A stretch of 64,000 bases of DNA from Flavobacteriales bacterium (GTDB lineage Bacteria; Bacteroidota; Bacteroidia; CAIKAF01), in contig JANWWP010000034.1 in the NCBI GenBank assembly GCA_025055575.1, positions 273 to 64,272 on the forward strand, given 5' to 3'. Made by a program: the position numbers and the translations under genes. The notes beneath the pieces were generated by a model. That model was given only the letters and a program-made list of their open reading frames with translations, ran no database searches and was not told the DNA's origin. Shown here one piece after another: positions 59,224 through 64,000 of the stretch. Each line of letters starts with the position of its first letter. Position 1 is the stretch's first letter.

Positions 59224-60876
59224 ATGGATCTGGGGGCGCCCACTTCCACGCTCATCCCTTTTGGAAAAAGTTTTCAAAATCCTTCTATTTCCATTTTATT
59301 CTCACGCGATGCCTCCACATACTCTTACTTCATTTCATTTTCAGATTCTGTGCAGCTTCTTCAGGCAGAAATCCAGGGCCGATTTCGAAACATGCCAGAT
59401 TTCCTCCTGCTTTCCCATGGTTTCCAAAGCTGGTCCGAGAGCCGATACTTAGGACCCGGAGACAAACAAAAGCCGCCTTCGGCCTGTATTCGTCCATTTT
59501 CCAGATATTATGGGGATACCGAATTCTTTAACTATAAGCAATGGCGGAGTTGGCAGCATTCCTGGAATTTCACGGCAGTTCCTCTCGCTCAGGATACGGT
59601 GGAGCTGTTGGCCTCCTTAAATGAGAACGAGGCGTACACCTGCATCCGCTGGAATTGGAAGGCGGGGTGCTTCGTCATGGCGCGCGATGTGAAGGGAAAG
59701 TGCGTGGGCTCTGAACCTTGGCCACTCTTTGAGGTGTATCACCAAATAGGGCCATGGGAGCGTGTATGGAAGCAATGGGCCCTCTTGTACGAGGGATCCA
59801 AACCGTATCGGCCGGCCGATACGCTGCGTGGCTGGACAAGTTGGTATTACCATTACAACAAAATTGATGAAAACCGCCTTCTTGAAAATGTAAGAGCATT
59901 TTGTGAAGAGCCCGTGCAAGTGATTCAGATTGATGATGGATACCAGAAGTCCGTGGGAGAGTGGACCCTCACCAACGAAAAATTTCCACGGGGCGTCCGG
60001 CCCATAGCGGATAGTGTACACCGATGTGGAAAAAAAGCCGGCATTTGGGTGGCCCCTTTTGTCGTGAGCCGTAGGTCTCAAGTCTTCAGGGAACATCCGG
60101 ACTGGCTGTTAAAAACGCCTGAGGGAAAACCCTTACGCGTGGGTTATAACCCGCTCTGGGGCGGCTGGTATTATGCTTTGGATTTTTACCGACCAGAAGT
60201 GCAGGATTACCTTGGGGCAGCTTTAGATACCCTACTTCGGGCCTGGAACTTTGACTTTCTGAAAGCCGATTTTTTATTTGCTGTGGGGGTGCTGCCCCGT
60301 CCCAATAAGAATCGAACGCGGGCCGGCGTGATGTCGGACGCCCTGGAATGGCTGCGCAAAAAGACCGAGGGAAAAGATTTGTTGCTGTGCGGGGTTCCCT
60401 TAGGCCCGGCTTTCAAAAAAACAGACTATTGCCGTATAGGCAACGACGTGCATTTGAGGTGGGATATGGGACTGCTTCAACTTTTAAGGGCGCCGGAGCG
60501 TCCGTCCACCCGGCTCTCCATCCAAAACACCTTGACGCGGGCGCCACTCGGAGGGCTTGTGTTCCAAAACGATCCGGATGTTTTTATTCTGCGTGAGGAG
60601 CGTCAGCATTTATCCAAGGAACAAAAAGAATTGCTCTTTCGGGTCAATACGTGGCTGGGGGCAATATTGTTTACCTCCGACAATCCTTCCCGGTATTCTG
60701 CTGAGTTGAGAAAACAATGGCAGTCTTATTATAAGACACCTGAAAAGCCCGCTGCCACACCCAGGCCCCTGGGCGGTAATAAGTGGTTGTTGAAGTCCGA
60801 GCAAAAAGATGAAGTGTGGGTATTGGATTTGAAAAAAGGAAGGATGTATTCCATAGGTTCCAACTCCCGTCCGTGA
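59224..60876 (+). CDS. alpha-galactosidase-like glycoside hydrolase (GH36/GH27 clan GH-D)
   Basis: 'VIQIDDGYQ' is the DDGW-type motif. 'WNFDFLKADFLF' is the KxD catalytic nucleophile region. 'GWTSWYYH' is present. I chose the start ATG at 59224, downstream of the terminator. The track start at 59068 would read through the terminator hairpins. Confidence 0.55.
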   Translation: MDLGAPTSTLIPFGKSFQNPSISILFSRDASTYSYFISFSDSVQLLQAEIQGRFRNMPDFLLLSHGFQSWSESRYLGPGDKQKPPSACIRPFSRYYGDTEFFNYKQWRSWQHSWNFTAVPLAQDTVELLASLNENEAYTCIRWNWKAGCFVMARDVKGKCVGSEPWPLFEVYHQIGPWERVWKQWALLYEGSKPYRPADTLRGWTSWYYHYNKIDENRLLENVRAFCEEPVQVIQIDDGYQKSVGEWTLTNEKFPRGVRPIADSVHRCGKKAGIWVAPFVVSRRSQVFREHPDWLLKTPEGKPLRVGYNPLWGGWYYALDFYRPEVQDYLGAALDTLLRAWNFDFLKADFLFAVGVLPRPNKNRTRAGVMSDALEWLRKKTEGKDLLLCGVPLGPAFKKTDYCRIGNDVHLRWDMGLLQLLRAPERPSTRLSIQNTLTRAPLGGLVFQNDPDVFILREERQHLSKEQKELLFRVNTWLGAILFTSDNPSRYSAELRKQWQSYYKTPEKPAATPRPLGGNKWLLKSEQKDEVWVLDLKKGRMYSIGSNSRP

Positions 60877-60962
60877 GGGCTATTTTTGGCAGGGGGCAAA
60901 TTGCGGGTTCTGCTACAAAGCGTCGGGATTTTTTTTCTTATAAAAGGGCTTGAGCATGCGCT

Positions 60963-61868
60963 CTAATCACGCGTGAGTTCCTGGAACACATCTTCGAGGT
61001 TGCGCTGACGCGCGGTGATTTCCACAATGGGATTCTGTGAAGTCACAGCCCAGTCAAACAATGATTTCCGAGCTATATCGGAATCTTGCGTGGTGATTTC
61101 AAATGTTTTCCCGTCTGTGTTTTGCCGCACGTGCAAAACGCCCTGCACAGATTTCAAATCTGAAGGTTGAACATGTTTTTCAAATTGTACATTCAGGACA
61201 TTGCCTACCCCGCGGCGCCGAAGACTGTCCACGGATTCATCGGCCCGGATACGACCTTTGGCTATGATGGCTGCGCGGGTGCAGATGGCCTCCACTTCTT
61301 GCATGATGTGGGTGCTCATTATCACAATGCGGGCGCTGCCCATCTCGCGGATGAGAAGACGGATTTCCTGCACCTGATTGGGGTCAAGGCCGCTGGTGGG
61401 TTCATCCAGAATGAGCACCTCGGGCTGATGTAAAAGAGCTGCCGCAAGCCCAAGTCTTTGCCTGTAGCCCCGGGAGAGCATACCGGCTTTTTTGTGGGCT
61501 TCGGGGCCCAGGCCCGTTTGGTCAATCACTTCCTGAATTCTGTGTCTAATATTCTTCAATCCAAAGACTTGGGCTCGAAATTCTAAATATTCGCGCACGT
61601 AGAGGTCTCCATACAGGGGGTTGTTTTCCGGAAGGTAACCCATGGAGCGACGGGCTTTCACTGTATCCGTTGCGACATTTATCCCACACACACGAACGTC
61701 GCCGAAATCCGGGGCCACATAGCCTGTGATGATTTTCATCAAGGTGCTTTTCCCGGCTCCATTGGGCCCCAGCAAGCCAAATACGCCCCCCGGACGGATG
61801 GTCAGATGCACATCGTCCAAAGCTTTCTGGATCCCGTAGGATTTGGAAACACCTGAAATTTCCACCAT
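60963..61868 (-). CDS. ABC transporter ATP-binding protein, GldA-like (gliding-motility type)
   Basis: Walker A 'GPNGAGKST', the signature 'LSRGYRQRLGLA', Walker B 'LILDEPTSGLD' and an H-loop are present. The overall layout and the approximately 90-aa C-terminal extension resemble Flavobacterium GldA. No gldF/gldG lie adjacent. Confidence 0.7.
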   Translation of the reverse strand: MVEISGVSKSYGIQKALDDVHLTIRPGGVFGLLGPNGAGKSTLMKIITGYVAPDFGDVRVCGINVATDTVKARRSMGYLPENNPLYGDLYVREYLEFRAQVFGLKNIRHRIQEVIDQTGLGPEAHKKAGMLSRGYRQRLGLAAALLHQPEVLILDEPTSGLDPNQVQEIRLLIREMGSARIVIMSTHIMQEVEAICTRAAIIAKGRIRADESVDSLRRRGVGNVLNVQFEKHVQPSDLKSVQGVLHVRQNTDGKTFEITTQDSDIARKSLFDWAVTSQNPIVEITARQRNLEDVFQELTRD

Positions 61869-61889
61869 AACGCTGGGGGTTAGGTTTTT

Positions 61890-62540
61890 CTATACGGCAA
61901 AGCGTTTGGCCACAAGTTCCCGAAAGCGCTTCACAGTTTCGCTTTCAGGATCCCATTTGTAGAGATCGGCCAATTCATTTAAGTAACTTTCTGCCGAGGC
62001 TTTATCAGGCGTATTATTCAGAGTGTCCAGGGCCGCGTGGTAGGCATGGTTTTCGCCGCCAAAAAGTTCATACATAAAATGAAATTTATCGGCCAGACTG
62101 ATGGCTTTTCGCAAGTCGTCCACCGGCATCAGGCGCAGACGGTCAGCCAGTACAGTTTCTGCCGTTTCAGCCATGGGGGGGGCTTTTTTGGGGCTCGGTT
62201 CTTGGAGTGGAGCCGGGCTTGCCGGAGCCGGGACGGATTCGGGAATGACGCTGGCAGGCGGGGTTGTTGGAGCGGTGGACGGCTGAACCATCACTGCCTG
62301 CGTGAGGATAGCAGATTCTGATAATCCCACATCCTCAGATCTGTACGACCTTGGAGAGGCACCATATCTCTGGAGATAATTCAGGATACTGATGTATTCA
62401 TACAAAGACCGCACATTGGCCAGAGTGGCTTCGAAATCGGTGCGTGTGGGGGCGGCTTGCGCGAGGCGCTCGGACTGGTGCACCAAGGCCTGGGCCGCAT
62501 TTTTAATACGAACAATTAATTCTTCTTTGTCCATGCGCAT
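61890..62540 (-). CDS. hypothetical protein with Pro/Ala-rich linker (216 aa)
   Basis: Two short helical segments are separated by '[34 protein letters not shown]'. No known motifs were found. The gene sits immediately downstream of the GldA-like gene, with a 21-bp gap. Confidence 0.4.
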   Translation of the reverse strand: MRMDKEELIVRIKNAAQALVHQSERLAQAAPTRTDFEATLANVRSLYEYISILNYLQRYGASPRSYRSEDVGLSESAILTQAVMVQPSTAPTTPPASVIPESVPAPASPAPLQEPSPKKAPPMAETAETVLADRLRLMPVDDLRKAISLADKFHFMYELFGGENHAYHAALDTLNNTPDKASAESYLNELADLYKWDPESETVKRFRELVAKRFAV

Positions 62541-62599
62541 TCAATAAACGGCAAAAATGGGGAAATTCGTTCCATCTTTGCTGCGGCCAAATCAAAAAT

Positions 62600-63175
62600 A
62601 TGAGCTCCTCAGGTTCCGGGCGCATTGAAGTGATTTGCGGGTCGATGTTTTCCGGGAAAACTGAGGAACTTATTCGCCGCTTGCGCCGGGCCGTCATTGC
62701 GCGCCAGTCGGTGGAAATTTACAAGCCTTCCGTGGATGTACGCTATGGCGATCAGGACGTGGTGTCGCACGATGCCAACCGTCTGTCCTGCACTCCGGTG
62801 GACTCGGCCATGAACATATTGCTCCTTTACAGGGGAGCCCAGGTGGTGGGGCTGGATGAAGCCCAGTTTTTTGATGACGGGGTGGTGCAGGTGTGTCGTG
62901 AACTTTCAGCACAGGGCGTTCGGGTGGTGGTGGCCGGTCTGGATATGGACTATCTGGGAAGGCCCTTTGGCCCCATGCCGGCCCTTATGGCCATCGCCGA
63001 TGACGTCCTGAAAGTACATGCCATCTGTATGGATTGCGGTCAGGAGGCCAGTTTCTCCTACCGCATGGCCAAAGAAGAAAATTTAGTACATCTGGGCGCG
63101 AAAAACCACTACAAGCCTCTGTGCCGTGCATGCTTTAACCGACGCCAGGGCCGTCTGCATCCGGATCATCCATGA
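62600..63175 (+). CDS. tdk: thymidine kinase
   Basis: The P-loop '[12 protein letters not shown]' is present. '[13 protein letters not shown]…CRAC' is the zinc ribbon. The protein is 191 aa. Confidence 0.9.
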   Translation: MSSSGSGRIEVICGSMFSGKTEELIRRLRRAVIARQSVEIYKPSVDVRYGDQDVVSHDANRLSCTPVDSAMNILLLYRGAQVVGLDEAQFFDDGVVQVCRELSAQGVRVVVAGLDMDYLGRPFGPMPALMAIADDVLKVHAICMDCGQEASFSYRMAKEENLVHLGAKNHYKPLCRACFNRRQGRLHPDHP

Positions 63176-64000
63176 ACAGATGGGCCATTAGCAGCATTAA
63201 AACAGTTGCGGCGCTGACGGGCTTATTTCTTGCTTTTGCCTTGTGGTTTCGCTTTGCCACGAAGCACATTCCTCCCTCACTGTCGCCCCGCGACCAAACT
63301 CTTGTGGATTCGCTCGCTGCATTAACCCAGGATTCGGTTTTCCAACTCAAGTGGGGCTGCTTGCGGTATCATGAAGCAGGCCTATGGGAGTTGTTCCTGC
63401 GCGGGGATCCTGTGGCACGGGGCGCAGCTCACGGCCGGTTGATGAAACCTTTTTTACGATTCCAGGAACGAGCCTTCATCGAATTTATTCGGACCCTTAT
63501 TCCTTCAGAAAGTTATCTGGAATGTCTCAAATATGCTGTCGCGTTTTTTAATAGAAACATTAGTAATTATGTGGCGGATGAATACCGAAAGGAGCTTCTG
63601 GCTTTATCGTTTTTTCATGACGACACTTTCAATTTTATAGGGTCTCGGTACGAAAGAGTTTTGCAATACCATGCAGCCCATGATATTGGGCATGCCTTGC
63701 AGCCTTACCTGCCGGTGGCCTGCAGTGCATTTGTTGTGTGGGACAGCCTTTCCCGTGATGGAAAACTCCTTTTGGGCCGCAACTTTGATTTTTATGCCGG
63801 TGAGGCTTTTGCACGGCACCGCGTGGTTCAGTTTGTCCATCCCAACCGGGGATATCGGTTCATTTCTGTAGCCTGGCCCGGCTTCTGCGGCGTAGTGTCA
63901 GGGCTTAATGAAAAAGGCTTGGCAGTCACGATCAATGCCTCGGCTTCGCGTCCCCCCTTAGCTGCTAAAACACCGATATCTCTTCTCACCCGTCAGATTC
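63172..64000 (+). CDS. C45-family Ntn-hydrolase (acyl-CoA:6-APA acyltransferase / choloylglycine-hydrolase-like); 3' end lies outside the window
   Basis: After an N-terminal TM/propeptide comes 'ACSAFVVWD', the Ntn catalytic Cys context. 'GRNFDF' is present. The reading frame stays open to the window end. The start overlaps the tdk stop (ATGA). Confidence 0.55.
   Translation, partial: MNRWAISSIKTVAALTGLFLAFALWFRFATKHIPPSLSPRDQTLVDSLAALTQDSVFQLKWGCLRYHEAGLWELFLRGDPVARGAAHGRLMKPFLRFQERAFIEFIRTLIPSESYLECLKYAVAFFNRNISNYVADEYRKELLALSFFHDDTFNFIGSRYERVLQYHAAHDIGHALQPYLPVACSAFVVWDSLSRDGKLLLGRNFDFYAGEAFARHRVVQFVHPNRGYRFISVAWPGFCGVVSGLNEKGLAVTINASASRPPLAAKTPISLLTRQI

Overview
This 64 kb window looks like core chromosome of a Bacteroidota bacterium, and I see no mobile element, CRISPR array or obvious defence island. 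The phylum call rests on several features: no Shine-Dalgarno sequences, 'TAnnTTTG' -7 promoter boxes, a fused E1 alpha/beta dehydrogenase, GldA-like, SPOR and DUF349 proteins, a T9SS-type C-terminal domain and many outer-membrane beta-barrel/lipoprotein genes. Bulk GC looks close to 50-55% by eye. The window is densely coding, with about 58 CDS, and many 4-bp ATGA or TGATG stop/start overlaps point to translationally coupled operons. There is one tRNA-Gly(GCC). Housekeeping genes I recognise with confidence are ffh, folD, purL, lgt, fbp, ligA, mdh, tdk, queD and hldD. Others recognised by family are a PLP aminotransferase, 3-hydroxybutyryl-CoA dehydrogenase, an enoyl-CoA hydratase, cytochrome c peroxidase, 3-hydroxyanthranilate dioxygenase, Ppx/GppA, MeaB, a sigma-54 activator, SSS and POT transporters, GT2/GT4 and an O-antigen-ligase-like protein. 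Six things deserve a second look. (1) A 642-aa three-domain fusion of a sugar-1-phosphate nucleotidyltransferase, a GmhB-like HAD phosphatase and a P-loop kinase, coupled to an E1 dehydrogenase and an M20 amidohydrolase. (2) A roughly 450-bp ORF-free, very GC-rich hairpin-dense segment between tRNA-Gly and the purL 3' end, preceded by an 11-nt repeat of the tRNA 5' end. (3) A 1485-aa secreted giant protein whose stop overlaps the lgt start. (4) A sigma-54 activator with no DNA-binding domain, coupled on one side to Ppx/GppA and on the other to an orphan MeaB GTPase. (5) A standalone homocysteine-binding MetH-like domain next to a solitary kynurenine-pathway dioxygenase. (6) A perfect palindrome upstream of the cytochrome c peroxidase gene. 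Functional calls come from motifs I can recognise by eye; no database search was possible.
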